Shown: positions 21,038 through 31,668, numbered from the stretch's first letter. The stretch: 64,000 nt of DNA from an uncultured cyanobacterium (GCA_963793425.1 CAWCAG010000005.1:832001-896000); one strand, 5' to 3'. Notes: generated by a model from the sequence alone, not told the origin. Translations and numbers: made by a program.

Positions 21038-21186
21038 TCCCGCGTCCTAACCTCTTAAGCTTACATACTTTTTCGTTTGCGGAACGGAAGGTCACAGGTT
21101 CGAGTCCTGTCATTCCCGCTTAAAATGGGGATGTAGCTCAGTGGTAGAGCGTCAGTATCATAAAAGCTTAATTGACTTGCGCGGGA
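21038..21186 (+). ncRNA. Y-RNA-like unit 1: carrier stem + complete circularly permuted tRNA (anticodon GCG)
   Basis: TCCCGCG/CGCGGGA terminal stem; anticodon arm TTCGT-TTGCGGA-ACGGA; T arm ACAGG-TTCGAGT-CCTGT; closed acceptor CATTCCC/GGGGATG; D arm GCTC-AGTGGTA-GAGC. Confidence 0.85.
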
Positions 21187-21222
21187 CAACCTTTAAATTC
21201 TTGCTCCTGTTAAAAACAAGTA

Positions 21223-21344
21223 CTTCGCGCCCTAACTTAAAAAGCTTACATACTAGCTCAATTAGTAGAGCGCTTGACTCAAGATCAAGAAGTTGCAGGT
21301 GCGATTCCTGCGTATACTCAACAGCTTTTTTAACTTGCGCGAGG
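21223..21344 (+). ncRNA. Y-RNA-like unit 2: carrier stem replacing the acceptor stem of a D/anticodon(CAA)/T tRNA body
   Basis: CTTCGCGC/GCGCGAGG stem; D arm GCTC-AATTAGTA-GAGC; CTTGA-CTCAAGA-TCAAG; T arm GCAGG-TGCGATT-CCTGC. Confidence 0.85.
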
Positions 21345-21365
21345 TCACTTTTTTCCTCAATTTTT

Positions 21366-21511
21366 ACCGCGTCCCAATTTGCAAAGCTTACATACTATAT
21401 TAATCCATCGGTCGTAGGTGCAAATCCTACCATCTCCGTTGCCAATGGAGATGTAGCTCAGTTAGTAGAGCAGTGGAATGTATCTGAAATAGCTTTGCTA
21501 ACTTACGCGGT
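21366..21511 (+). ncRNA. Y-RNA-like unit 3: YrlA-type permuted tRNA opened in the anticodon loop
   Basis: ACCGCGT/ACGCGGT stem; TCCAT/GTGGA anticodon stem; T arm GTAGG-TGCAAAT-CCTAC; closed acceptor CATCTCC/GGAGATG; D arm GCTC-AGTTAGTA-GAGC. Confidence 0.85.
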
Positions 21512-21537
21512 TTGATTTTAAACAAAAATAAAATTAC

Positions 21538-21686
21538 TTCCGTATCCTCATCTAAAAAGCTTACACACTAAGGAATCTGTTATCTGGAAAGATACGTGGG
21601 TTCAAATCCCACCAACCCCGTGGTTGTGGCGGAGTGGTTAAACGCGATAGATATTGTGAAATACAGCTTTTTTAACTTGTACGGAA
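21538..21686 (+). ncRNA. Y-RNA-like unit 4: permuted class II (Ser/Leu-like) tRNA with variable arm
   Basis: TTCCGTAT/GTACGGAA stem; TCTGT/ATAGA anticodon stem; variable arm TATCT-GGAA-AGATA; T arm GTGGG-TTCAAAT-CCCAC; CAACC/GGTTG acceptor; D region GGCGGAGTGGTTAAACGCG. Confidence 0.85.
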
Positions 21687-21713
21687 ATTCTTAACCCTAT
21701 AGGGAGGGCATCT

Positions 21714-22100
21714 ATGTCTACAACAACTTTACAAGTTCTTGAACAACTGCAAACCTTTGCTTTCCAAGAAACACAGGAATTAGTAAAGCAAATCGAAGCA
21801 GCTTTTAATGTAGATGTTTCCTCCCAAGTAACCTTTGCCTATTCCCTTGATCCAATTAACTTAACTGGGGAGGATTCTGAAAAGCCAATGGAATTTGATG
21901 TAGTTTTAGAACAAGTCCCTGCTCAAAATAAGATTGCCATCATTAAAGCGTTGCGAAGTCTGACAGGACTGAGTTTGCGAGAATCTAAACAGATGGTTGA
22001 TTCTGCTCCTACAACCATCAATCAGTCAGTGGATCTCCAAATAGCTGAGGCAACGAAAATTCAATTAGAAGCAGTTGGTGCAACAGTTGCTTTGAAATAA
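21714..22100 (+). CDS. Divergent ribosomal protein L7/L12 paralog
   Basis: ELVKQIEAAF N-domain, EFDVVLEQVP..KIAIIKALRSLTGLSLRESKQMVDSAP C-domain; no rplJ next to it; Ala-rich hinge replaced. Confidence 0.9.
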   Translation: MSTTTLQVLEQLQTFAFQETQELVKQIEAAFNVDVSSQVTFAYSLDPINLTGEDSEKPMEFDVVLEQVPAQNKIAIIKALRSLTGLSLRESKQMVDSAPTTINQSVDLQIAEATKIQLEAVGATVALK

Positions 22101-22129
22101 GTAATTTGTTTTCGACTCACAAATGGTAA

Positions 22130-23716
<1,587 letters not shown>

Positions 23717-23723
23717 ATTATAT

Positions 23724-23756
23724 TAGGGTAAGTTAATTGCTTGCCCTATTTTTTTT
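23724..23756 (+). terminator. Intrinsic terminator closing the Ro-like locus
   Basis: TAGGGTAAG / CTTGCCCTA stem followed by T8. Confidence 0.8.
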
Positions 23757-23817
23757 GAGTCCCCTAAGCAATGTATTTCCGTTGCAGAAAGCAAGGAAAG
23801 AATGTGATGGTAGCGCC

Positions 23818-24159
23818 TCATAACACCAAAGTTTCTAGCCTAGCTAATACTTCTTCAAGAATTTCTGGAGTGGCCTTTTCAACAAATTTTGCTTTTCTTA
23901 CTCGCCAGTCTAAACTTTTGATGTGATCAACTAAGGCTACCCCCGTTGTTTTCATGCTTTCTTCTAAAAGTACTTCAAAGCTTAGTCCTTTAATCTGGTT
24001 AGTGATGGGACACATTAAAGCGAGAGAAGCTATTTTGTTGTAAGCAAAAGGTGAGATAATCAAAGCTGGGTGATAACCTGTTTGTTCTCTGCCTTTGTTG
24101 GGGTTAAAGTTGAGTTTAACAATATCTCCCCTTTCTGGTATATAGTTTGTACTTACCAA
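23818..24159 (-). CDS. mazF: MazF/PemK endoribonuclease toxin
   Basis: YIPERGDIVKLNFNP..GREQTGYHPALIISP..CPITNQ..DHIKSLDWR. Confidence 0.92.
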   Translation of the reverse strand: MVSTNYIPERGDIVKLNFNPNKGREQTGYHPALIISPFAYNKIASLALMCPITNQIKGLSFEVLLEESMKTTGVALVDHIKSLDWRVRKAKFVEKATPEILEEVLARLETLVL

Positions 24160-24392
24160 GCTTCTTTACCAATAGGGCTTCCTATGTCAGTTTCTGAGTG
24201 AAACTGTTTTGAGGTCATACCTTGTAGCAGCTCTTCTAGAGTGTACTTTTTTCTTCGAGGTGTGATGATTAGTTTTCCTTCTAAAACAGTTAAAGATACT
24301 GTTGTACCTTCGGTGCAATCAATTTCCTCAGCTAGGGCTTTAGGAATGCGAATTGCTAAGCTGTTTCCCCACTTAGTTATTGTAGAGGTCAT
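24153..24392 (-). CDS. mazE: MazE/AbrB antitoxin
   Basis: KWGNSLAIRIPK..YTLEELL..GKEAW; overlaps mazF start. Confidence 0.92.
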   Translation of the reverse strand: MTSTITKWGNSLAIRIPKALAEEIDCTEGTTVSLTVLEGKLIITPRRKKYTLEELLQGMTSKQFHSETDIGSPIGKEAW

Positions 24393-24483
24393 AGTTATCT
24401 AATTTCACGACAGGCTAATTGTTATTGTATCTACTTTGAATATACATTGCCATAGTGTGCAATTATCCATTGGTAATAAAGTT

Positions 24484-25278
24484 ATGTTTTTATACTTATC
24501 TAAGTTAATTCCTCTTTTTCTCTACCCTTTAGGATTGGCTTGTTTATTATTATTTATTGCTCTAGTTTTAGCTTGGAAATTTCCCCGTCGGCTTCCCATT
24601 CCCGTAGGTTTGGCACTCATAATCTTATTGTTATCTAGTAATGGTTGGGTAAGTAATGAAATTGTGCGATCGCTAGAATGGCAACATTTACCACCCCAAG
24701 AAATTCCTCAAGCTGATGCTATCGTAATCTTAGGTGGTTCCACAAGGCCCCAATCTCCACCTCGTGCCACAGTAGAAATTGCTGAACAAGGGGATCGCGT
24801 TATTTATGGTGGTTATTTGTACCAACAAAAAAAAGCACCCTTAATTATTCCCGCAGGAGGAAGAATATCTTGGAAGGGAGGAGGAGATAAATCAGAAGCA
24901 GAAGATATGGCTGCCTTATTAAAATTAATGGGCATTCCTAGCCAGGATATGATCTTAGAAAAAGAATCTCTTAATACCTATGAAAATGCCGTTAATGTCA
25001 AAAAGATTTTACAGCAAAAGAAGCTCAACAAAATCCTTTTAGTAACCTCCGCACTTCATATGCCTAGAGCCTTAAAAATCTTTCAAAAGCGAAACATTGA
25101 AGCGATTCCTGCCCCAACAGATTTTCTCGTCTCAGAACAACTATTAAAAGAACCAAGTAGTAGCACAGAAGCAATTTTCTTGAATCTCATTCCTGATGTT
25201 GATCATTTAGAATACACTACCAAAGCTATAAAGGAATATATTGGTACAATAGTTTATCGCTTGAAAGGATGGCTTTGA
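24484..25278 (+). CDS. YdcF/DUF218 family membrane protein
   Basis: DAIVILGG, SEAEDM, ESLNTYENA, VTSALHMPRA. Confidence 0.9.
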   Translation: MFLYLSKLIPLFLYPLGLACLLLFIALVLAWKFPRRLPIPVGLALIILLLSSNGWVSNEIVRSLEWQHLPPQEIPQADAIVILGGSTRPQSPPRATVEIAEQGDRVIYGGYLYQQKKAPLIIPAGGRISWKGGGDKSEAEDMAALLKLMGIPSQDMILEKESLNTYENAVNVKKILQQKKLNKILLVTSALHMPRALKIFQKRNIEAIPAPTDFLVSEQLLKEPSSSTEAIFLNLIPDVDHLEYTTKAIKEYIGTIVYRLKGWL

Positions 25279-25313
25279 AAGTGACAAGTAATAAGTAATA
25301 AGTAATAAATAAA

Positions 25314-26867
25314 ATGAGTAATTTTTCCAAGATTAGTTCTGATTCATTAACAGAAAAGCAATTAATTCTTGGTCTATTAGTTGGTGCAATTATTCTTTAT
25401 ACTGTTTCTTTGGGTAACTTAGCTATTCGAGACTGGGACGAGGGTTATTACACAATTGTAGCTAGGGATATGTATCGCACCGGTAACTGGCTTTACCCTA
25501 CCTATTTAGGTGATCCTTTCTTACTCAAACCACCTTTAATGCACTGGTTAGTAGCCCTAAGCTACCACCTGGGAGGGGTTAATGAATTCACCTCTCGCTT
25601 ACCTACTGCCTTACTCAGTGCTGGTAGTATTCCCCTCATTTATCTCCTCGGCAAAGAAGCTTTTTCTCAACGCCTTCCTGCCCTTTTTTCTGCCTTAGTT
25701 TATCTCACTCTTCTACCAGTAGTGCGTAATGGGCGTTTAGCCATGTTGGATGGTATGTCAATTACCTTCTTCCTCATCACTTTGTTGTGCTTGATTAAAG
25801 CAAAAAAGCAACCAACCTGGGCAGTAGGTATTGGTATTTCTTTAGGGCTAATTGGCTTAACCAAAGGCATTTTAGTTTTATTATTAGGAGCGATCGCAAC
25901 TATATTTCTTCTTGCTAATAGTCAGTTATTACTATTAGCAAATCCTTATTTATGGCTAGGTTTAATAATCGGTAGCCTACCATTGTTTTCTTGGTATTTT
26001 GCCCAATGGCAACATTATGGTGAAATCTTCTTACAAGTCCATTTTCAGGCCCAAGGTTTTGAAAGAATTAATAATGCAGTGTGGGGAAATACTGGCCCTC
26101 CCTGGTTTTATATCTTAGAACTATTAAAATACTCCTTCCCCTGGTTACTATTCTTCCCTTCCGGTTTACATCTTGCTTGGCAAAAACGCCATACCCCTTG
26201 GGGAAAATTAGTCTTAATTGGTTTCTGTGGTTACATGGGCATTATTTCTGTCATGGGAACCAAATTACCCTGGTATATCTTACCTGCCTATATTTTCTTC
26301 GCCCTAGCCATAGGTTCTAGCTTAAACAAACTTTGGCACTCTCGTAACTACCCCCTCTGGTTAACCACAGCCTTTGCTCTCCTTTCTTTCGCATCTATAG
26401 GAGGCTTAGTTTACTTTATCTTGGCAGATCCCCAAATCCCTCTCATTCTCCTAGCCGTAGTCGTTGCCATCACCATGGGTTTAGCTGCGTGGCAAGTACA
26501 ACAAAATCGTCCTACCTTCATTCCCCTACTTTTTGTCGGAACTTACTTATCTTTAGGACTATTAATGATTTCCCAATCTTGGATTTGGGAATTAAACGAA
26601 GCCTTTCGCGTCAAACCTGTAGCTGCTTTAATCAAGGAAAACACTGACCCCAAAATACCTGTTTATATATCTCACTATGGCAGACCAAGTTTAGAATTTT
26701 ATAGCGATCGCTTAGTTATACCCCTGACCAGTCAAAATATAGAACAGCTTTGGCAAAGCAAACCTTACCTACTTCTCGATCAAACCACCTTAGAACAAAC
26801 AAACTTACCAGAAAGCCAAAGCTTAGGTATAGCAGCCGGTTTTACTCTTATTACTCCGAAAGAGTAA
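25314..26867 (+). CDS. ArnT-like (GT83/PMT family) glycosyltransferase
   Basis: DWDEGYY, KPPL, SRLP motifs; multiple TM helices. Confidence 0.9.
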   Translation: MSNFSKISSDSLTEKQLILGLLVGAIILYTVSLGNLAIRDWDEGYYTIVARDMYRTGNWLYPTYLGDPFLLKPPLMHWLVALSYHLGGVNEFTSRLPTALLSAGSIPLIYLLGKEAFSQRLPALFSALVYLTLLPVVRNGRLAMLDGMSITFFLITLLCLIKAKKQPTWAVGIGISLGLIGLTKGILVLLLGAIATIFLLANSQLLLLANPYLWLGLIIGSLPLFSWYFAQWQHYGEIFLQVHFQAQGFERINNAVWGNTGPPWFYILELLKYSFPWLLFFPSGLHLAWQKRHTPWGKLVLIGFCGYMGIISVMGTKLPWYILPAYIFFALAIGSSLNKLWHSRNYPLWLTTAFALLSFASIGGLVYFILADPQIPLILLAVVVAITMGLAAWQVQQNRPTFIPLLFVGTYLSLGLLMISQSWIWELNEAFRVKPVAALIKENTDPKIPVYISHYGRPSLEFYSDRLVIPLTSQNIEQLWQSKPYLLLDQTTLEQTNLPESQSLGIAAGFTLITPKE

Positions 26868-26970
26868 TTGCTAACTTCTAGTTGTAGGACTTGCTCTTAT
26901 CTAAGAAATCATTGATAACTAATAACTGTTTACTGTTTACTGATAACTGATAACTGTTTACCGATTTCCC

Positions 26971-27288
26971 ATGAACATCTACACCGTCACCATCAACCAC
27001 CAAGGTAAAGTCCATACTATTGAAGTCCCAGAAAACCGGACAATCTTAGAAGTAGCTGATGAGGAAAATATTGGTTTGCCTAATTCTTGTAATGCTGGAG
27101 TTTGTACCACTTGTGCTGCCAAGTTATTGGAAGGAGAAGTAGATCAAAGTGAAGCGATGGGAGTTTCTCCGGAATTACAAGCAGAAGGATACGCTTTACT
27201 CTGTGTCGCCCATCCCCGCTCTAACATTAAATTAGAATCAGAGCAAGAAGAAGCCGTCTACCAACGCCAATTCGGTAAATCTTCTTAA
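26971..27288 (+). CDS. 2Fe-2S ferredoxin (C-terminally extended type)
   Basis: CNAGVCTTCA..LLC. Confidence 0.95.
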   Translation: MNIYTVTINHQGKVHTIEVPENRTILEVADEENIGLPNSCNAGVCTTCAAKLLEGEVDQSEAMGVSPELQAEGYALLCVAHPRSNIKLESEQEEAVYQRQFGKSS

Positions 27289-27384
27289 GCTAATCAGCAT
27301 ATTTCTTATTACCCATTACCTCAAACACTACACCCTTACACCCCTACCCCCCAAACCCTGAATTACCATAACCGTCCTAAAAAG

Positions 27385-27400
27385 GTTCGGAAAACAGCAC
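27385..27400 (+). promoter_or_regulatory. K-box-like element upstream of dnaK
   Basis: GTTCGGAAAACAGCAC resembles the cyanobacterial K-box GTTCGG-NNAN-CCNNAC described upstream of dnaK2/groESL. Confidence 0.6.
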
Positions 27401-27536
27401 TTACTCAGAAGTGGCAATGGCAAGCACTATATAGGTAGTAAACAAATTGAAGCGAGCAAACGCTGAATTATTAAACTTAACTCGGTTCGATTTTTCTTAA
27501 ACCTAAATTTGTAGTTAAATAAAAAACGCACTTCAT

Positions 27537-29468
27537 ATGGCAAAAGTTGTTGGCATTGACTTAGGAACCACAAACTCCTGTGTAGCAGTAATGGAAGGTG
27601 GTAAACCCACTGTAATTGCTAACGCAGAAGGATTTCGTACCACACCATCTGTTGTCGCTTATGCAACCAAAAATGGCGATCGCCTAGTTGGTCAAATTGC
27701 TAAGCGTCAGGCAGTGATGAACCCACCAAATACTTTTTATTCCGTTAAGCGCTTCATTGGCCGTAAGTTTAATGAAGTAGCTAATGAAGCAACTGAAGTT
27801 GCTTACAAAGTTCTTCAAGATAGTAACGGCAACGTTAAGCTAGACTGTCCGGCCTTAAATAAGCAGTTTGCCCCAGAAGAAATTTCTGCTCAAGTACTAC
27901 GTAAATTAGTAGAAGATGCTAGCAAATATTTGGGAGAAACTGTAACTGAAGCGGTAATTACTGTTCCAGCTTACTTTAATGACTCCCAGCGTCAAGCAAC
28001 TAAAGATGCTGGTAAAGTTGCAGGCATTGAAGTTAAACGGATTATCAACGAACCTACAGCCGCTTCCTTGGCTTACGGTTTGGACAAACAAGATAACGAA
28101 ACTATTCTCGTCTTTGACTTAGGTGGTGGAACCTTCGACGTTTCTATCCTGGAAGTAGGTGATGGAGTCTTTGAAGTATTAGCTACTTCTGGAGATACTC
28201 ACCTTGGTGGTGACGACTTTGACAAAAAGATCGTAGACTACCTAGCTGCTAGCTTCAAGAGTGCAGAAGGAATTGATCTGCGTAGCGACAAACAAGCCCT
28301 ACAGCGTCTTACAGAGGCTGCTGAAAAAGCTAAAATCGAGCTATCTAGCGTTACCCAAGCGGAAATTAACCTACCCTTCATCACCGCTACCCAAGACGGC
28401 CCCAAACACTTAGATACCACCTTAACAAGAGCAAAGTTTGAAGAAATATGCTCTGATCTGATTGATCGTTGTCGCATTCCTGTAGAACAAGCTGTTAAGG
28501 ATGCCAAAATAGACAAATCAGCTCTTGATGAAGTAGTTATGGTTGGGGGTTCTACTAGAATTCCTGCAGTTAAAGAACTGGTTAAGCGTGTTCTCGATAA
28601 AGACCCTAACCAAGGGGTTAACCCAGACGAAGTAGTAGCTGTGGGTGCTGCGATTCAAGGTGGAGTCCTATCAGGAGAAGTTAAAGACATACTCCTTTTA
28701 GACGTTACTCCCCTATCTTTGGGTGTAGAAACCTTGGGTGGTGTAATGACCAAAATCATCCCCCGTAACACCACTATTCCCACCAAAAAATCAGAGACTT
28801 TCTCTACGGCTGCTGATGGACAAAGCAATGTAGAAATCCAAGCCCTCCAAGGGGAAAGGGAAATGTCCAAGGACAATAAAAGCTTGGGTAATTTCCGCCT
28901 AGATGGTATTCCTCCCGCACCTCGTGGTGTACCCCAAATTGAAGTTACTTTTGATATTGATGCTAACGGTATTCTGAACGTAACAGCAAAAGATAAAGGT
29001 ACTGGGAAAGAACAGTCTATTAGTATTACTGGTGCTTCAACCTTACCAGATACCGAAGTAGACCGTATGGTTCAAGAAGCAGAAGCCAATGCTAGCGCGG
29101 ATAAAGAACGTCGCGAAAAAATTGAGCGCAAAAACCAGGCTGACTCTTTAGTTTATCAAGCTGGTAAACAGATAGAAGAGTTAGGAGATAAAGTTCCTGC
29201 TGATGATAAAACCAAAGCAGAAGGTTTAATCAAAGAACTTAGTGAAGCTGTAGCGAAAGAAGATGATGAGCAAATTCAAAAGCTAACTCCTGAATTACAG
29301 CAACTGCTTTATAGCATTGGTAGCAGCGTCTATCAAGATGCTGGCGGTGTACCTAACCCTGCTGATGCTGCGGGCGCTGATGCGGCAGGTGCAGGTGCGG
29401 CCCCCGGTGGCACTGATGGCGGCGAAGATGTAATTGATGCTGAATTCGCTGAAGACGACAATAAATAA
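27537..29468 (+). CDS. dnaK: Chaperone DnaK (DnaK2-type)
   Basis: [17 protein letters not shown], full substrate-binding domain, DVIDAEF tail. Confidence 0.99.
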   Translation: MAKVVGIDLGTTNSCVAVMEGGKPTVIANAEGFRTTPSVVAYATKNGDRLVGQIAKRQAVMNPPNTFYSVKRFIGRKFNEVANEATEVAYKVLQDSNGNVKLDCPALNKQFAPEEISAQVLRKLVEDASKYLGETVTEAVITVPAYFNDSQRQATKDAGKVAGIEVKRIINEPTAASLAYGLDKQDNETILVFDLGGGTFDVSILEVGDGVFEVLATSGDTHLGGDDFDKKIVDYLAASFKSAEGIDLRSDKQALQRLTEAAEKAKIELSSVTQAEINLPFITATQDGPKHLDTTLTRAKFEEICSDLIDRCRIPVEQAVKDAKIDKSALDEVVMVGGSTRIPAVKELVKRVLDKDPNQGVNPDEVVAVGAAIQGGVLSGEVKDILLLDVTPLSLGVETLGGVMTKIIPRNTTIPTKKSETFSTAADGQSNVEIQALQGEREMSKDNKSLGNFRLDGIPPAPRGVPQIEVTFDIDANGILNVTAKDKGTGKEQSISITGASTLPDTEVDRMVQEAEANASADKERREKIERKNQADSLVYQAGKQIEELGDKVPADDKTKAEGLIKELSEAVAKEDDEQIQKLTPELQQLLYSIGSSVYQDAGGVPNPADAAGADAAGAGAAPGGTDGGEDVIDAEFAEDDNK

Positions 29469-29508
29469 GTCATTTCAGTAGCAACAGAATTAATCTCTCA
29501 GATTAGGT

Positions 29509-29543
29509 AAGGTGTATTGTGCTACGGTGCAATACACCTTTTT
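29509..29543 (+). terminator. Intrinsic terminator after dnaK
   Basis: AAGGTGTATTGT / GCAATACACCTT stem + T run. Confidence 0.8.
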
Positions 29544-29606
29544 CAATGATCAATGATGGCAAGGGATTAGTTAAAATTTAAGTAAGAATTAGGAGTTAAG
29601 TAAACA

Positions 29607-29975
29607 ATGAATAATTTCGGTAATATAGTTCAAAGAGCTTTTTATATGGGTGTTGGTATTGCTGCTTTCGCAGGAGAGAGAGCTAATGAGTTGCGGATTA
29701 GAGCGCAAAAACTGGCGGATGAAATGGTTGCGCGAGGGGAAATGAATGCAGAAGAAGCTCGCAAGTTTGTAGACGATGTAGTGAAAAATGCTCAAAAGCC
29801 TCCGGTAGAGCAATCTCCAGATTACACCACAGATAATCTAGCGAAAGAACCTCGTCAGATTGAAATTGTTTCAGATGATGAAGAATCTTCTCATTCCGAT
29901 ACCCAAAAGGTAGATAATCTGCGCGATCAGGTACAATCGTTACAAGATGAATTACGTCGCCTCAGAAAAGAATAG
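29607..29975 (+). CDS. Phasin-like / coiled-coil hypothetical protein
   Basis: AFYMGVGIA..ADEMVARGEMNAEEARKFVDD pattern. Confidence 0.8.
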   Translation: MNNFGNIVQRAFYMGVGIAAFAGERANELRIRAQKLADEMVARGEMNAEEARKFVDDVVKNAQKPPVEQSPDYTTDNLAKEPRQIEIVSDDEESSHSDTQKVDNLRDQVQSLQDELRRLRKE

Positions 29976-30022
29976 TATCTTAGTGTTAATTAAGATGAAA
30001 TAGTTAGAGCGTTGAAAAGCTT

Positions 30023-30430
30023 ATGGAAGATTGGTCAAAAGATGCTTTGGAAATATTAGAAACGGTAACTGATGAAGTTGAACAGTTTTTCCAGGACTTT
30101 TCCGACGGACTCGATTCTGTTGCTGATGAATTTTATCAGGCGGTTACCACAGAAGTAGATATTTTTTGGCAAGAAGTGTTAGAACCTTTTCTTGGCAACG
30201 AGTTTGAGTTTGAAGAACAGGATGAAGATATCTACTCTTTTCATATTTATACTCCCCTCGTTAATAGATTAGAGCCAACAACTAGTAAGAACCCTGCTTG
30301 TATTGGCTGTCGTCACTATCATGGCCATATTTATAACGGTAATTTACTCGTGTGTGGAATGCACCCCTATGGATGGGAGGAAGAAAGCTGTCCTGATTGG
30401 GAAAATTTGAAAGACTGGGATTTAGGCTAG
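30023..30430 (+). CDS. Hypothetical protein with C-terminal Cys/His motif
   Basis: CIGCRHYHG..CGMHPYG..CPDW. Confidence 0.8.
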   Translation: MEDWSKDALEILETVTDEVEQFFQDFSDGLDSVADEFYQAVTTEVDIFWQEVLEPFLGNEFEFEEQDEDIYSFHIYTPLVNRLEPTTSKNPACIGCRHYHGHIYNGNLLVCGMHPYGWEEESCPDWENLKDWDLG

Positions 30431-31014
30431 TTAATTTCAATTATTTCTTTGATAAAGTTGACTTTTTGCTTGTATTCCTTTTCTGTTAATACTGGCATCA
30501 TACCCTCCAAGGAAATGCCTTGCTGTAACTCAAACCAAGAACGACAACCGCCATAGGATTGATGGAAAGGAATTATTTGTGGTTGAGGCAAACTATAAAC
30601 TTGTAATAATAAAATGTGTAGAGGTTGCTTTGGTTTCCATTGGCAACGTTCTTGGACAAATTGCTGATTCCAGATATGGTAGGGGAATAGTTTTTCAATC
30701 AGATAGGTTTGGTGAAGGGGTAAAATATCTGTGATCTCAGCCCAGCTACGAATAGGAACAGTTTCTGGATGCCAACCCGGAGTTACCGGAGTTACTTTGT
30801 CAGCATATTCTGGTTTAAGTAACTGGGGTTTTTGATGCTCGTAGGTAGGGTAGAGGATAATCTGATGATAAGGTACTTGAAAACTCTTATTCTGCTCACG
30901 AATGCCACCTTTACGCAGCAGCATAATTGTCTTTCCTTGAGTTAAAGCATTTATAGCAACAGCCCATTCTTTAAGAGCCTGTTTTGTAGGAGGAACCATC
31001 GCAACGGACATCAT
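30427..31014 (-). CDS. DUF1802-like protein
   Basis: ALKEWA..LRKGGIRE..YPTYEHQ..YGGCRSW. Confidence 0.85.
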   Translation of the reverse strand: MMSVAMVPPTKQALKEWAVAINALTQGKTIMLLRKGGIREQNKSFQVPYHQIILYPTYEHQKPQLLKPEYADKVTPVTPGWHPETVPIRSWAEITDILPLHQTYLIEKLFPYHIWNQQFVQERCQWKPKQPLHILLLQVYSLPQPQIIPFHQSYGGCRSWFELQQGISLEGMMPVLTEKEYKQKVNFIKEIIEIN

Positions 31015-31065
31015 TTTTACCTCAATAACTGCAATAATTAATTAACTGACTTTGGTACAAATTAT

Positions 31066-31668
31066 ATGGTCCGAGTTTCTCAAACTGAACTAATCGCTGG
31101 GGCGATCGCGGGTCAATTAGTCAGTTTTCCTACAGATACTCTACCAGCTTTAGCTGTCAGACCAGAGCAAGCAGAGTTAATCTTCAAAGCTAAGCAACGT
31201 CCTCACCATAAGCCTTTAATTTTAATGGGGGCATCTTTAGAGGAGCTTTTACCTTATATTGCTGGCTCTGCTGCCCAACTAAACATCTGGCAACAAGTAG
31301 CTAAACAACATTGGCCAGGGGGCCTTACTTTGGTTTTACCAGCTTCAGAAGCTGTACCCCAAGCTATGAATCCTCAAGATCATACCACCATCGGCATCAG
31401 GGTTCCCAATCAACCCTTTGCTCAAGAAATCCTGGCTGCCACAAAACCCCTTGCTACTACCAGTGCGAATTTATCCGGACAACCAGCTTTAACCACGATG
31501 GATGCCGTTGAAGCTACTTTCCCAGAAGTGCTAACTTGGGAATACCCTGATCTGGAAAATAATGCCAATCTATTTAGTGGTGTAGCTTCTACCGTGGCGA
31601 AATGGACAGATACAGGTTGGGAAATTTTGCGTCAAGGGGCTGTTTATCTTGAATTGAATAATTCGTGA
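31066..31668 (+). CDS. tsaC: L-threonylcarbamoyladenylate synthase (TsaC/Sua5/YrdC family)
   Basis: FPTDT, KQRP..KPL, WPGGLTLVL, IGIRVP, TTSANLSG. Confidence 0.9.
   Translation: MVRVSQTELIAGAIAGQLVSFPTDTLPALAVRPEQAELIFKAKQRPHHKPLILMGASLEELLPYIAGSAAQLNIWQQVAKQHWPGGLTLVLPASEAVPQAMNPQDHTTIGIRVPNQPFAQEILAATKPLATTSANLSGQPALTTMDAVEATFPEVLTWEYPDLENNANLFSGVASTVAKWTDTGWEILRQGAVYLELNNS

Noticed and set aside
21141..21515. 124-aa ORF across the RNA array
   Set aside because: Overlaps three structured RNA units, no RBS or recognisable motif; likely a chance ORF
21038..21686. Conventional tRNA gene cluster or CRISPR array
   Set aside because: Arms are permuted or lack acceptor/CCA ends; repeats are bipartite paired scaffolds rather than direct repeats with uniform spacers; no cas genes in the window
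25287..26960. Short heptamer runs (AGTAATA, CTGATAA, ACTGTTT) at gene boundaries
   Set aside because: Ordinary STRR-type intergenic repeats
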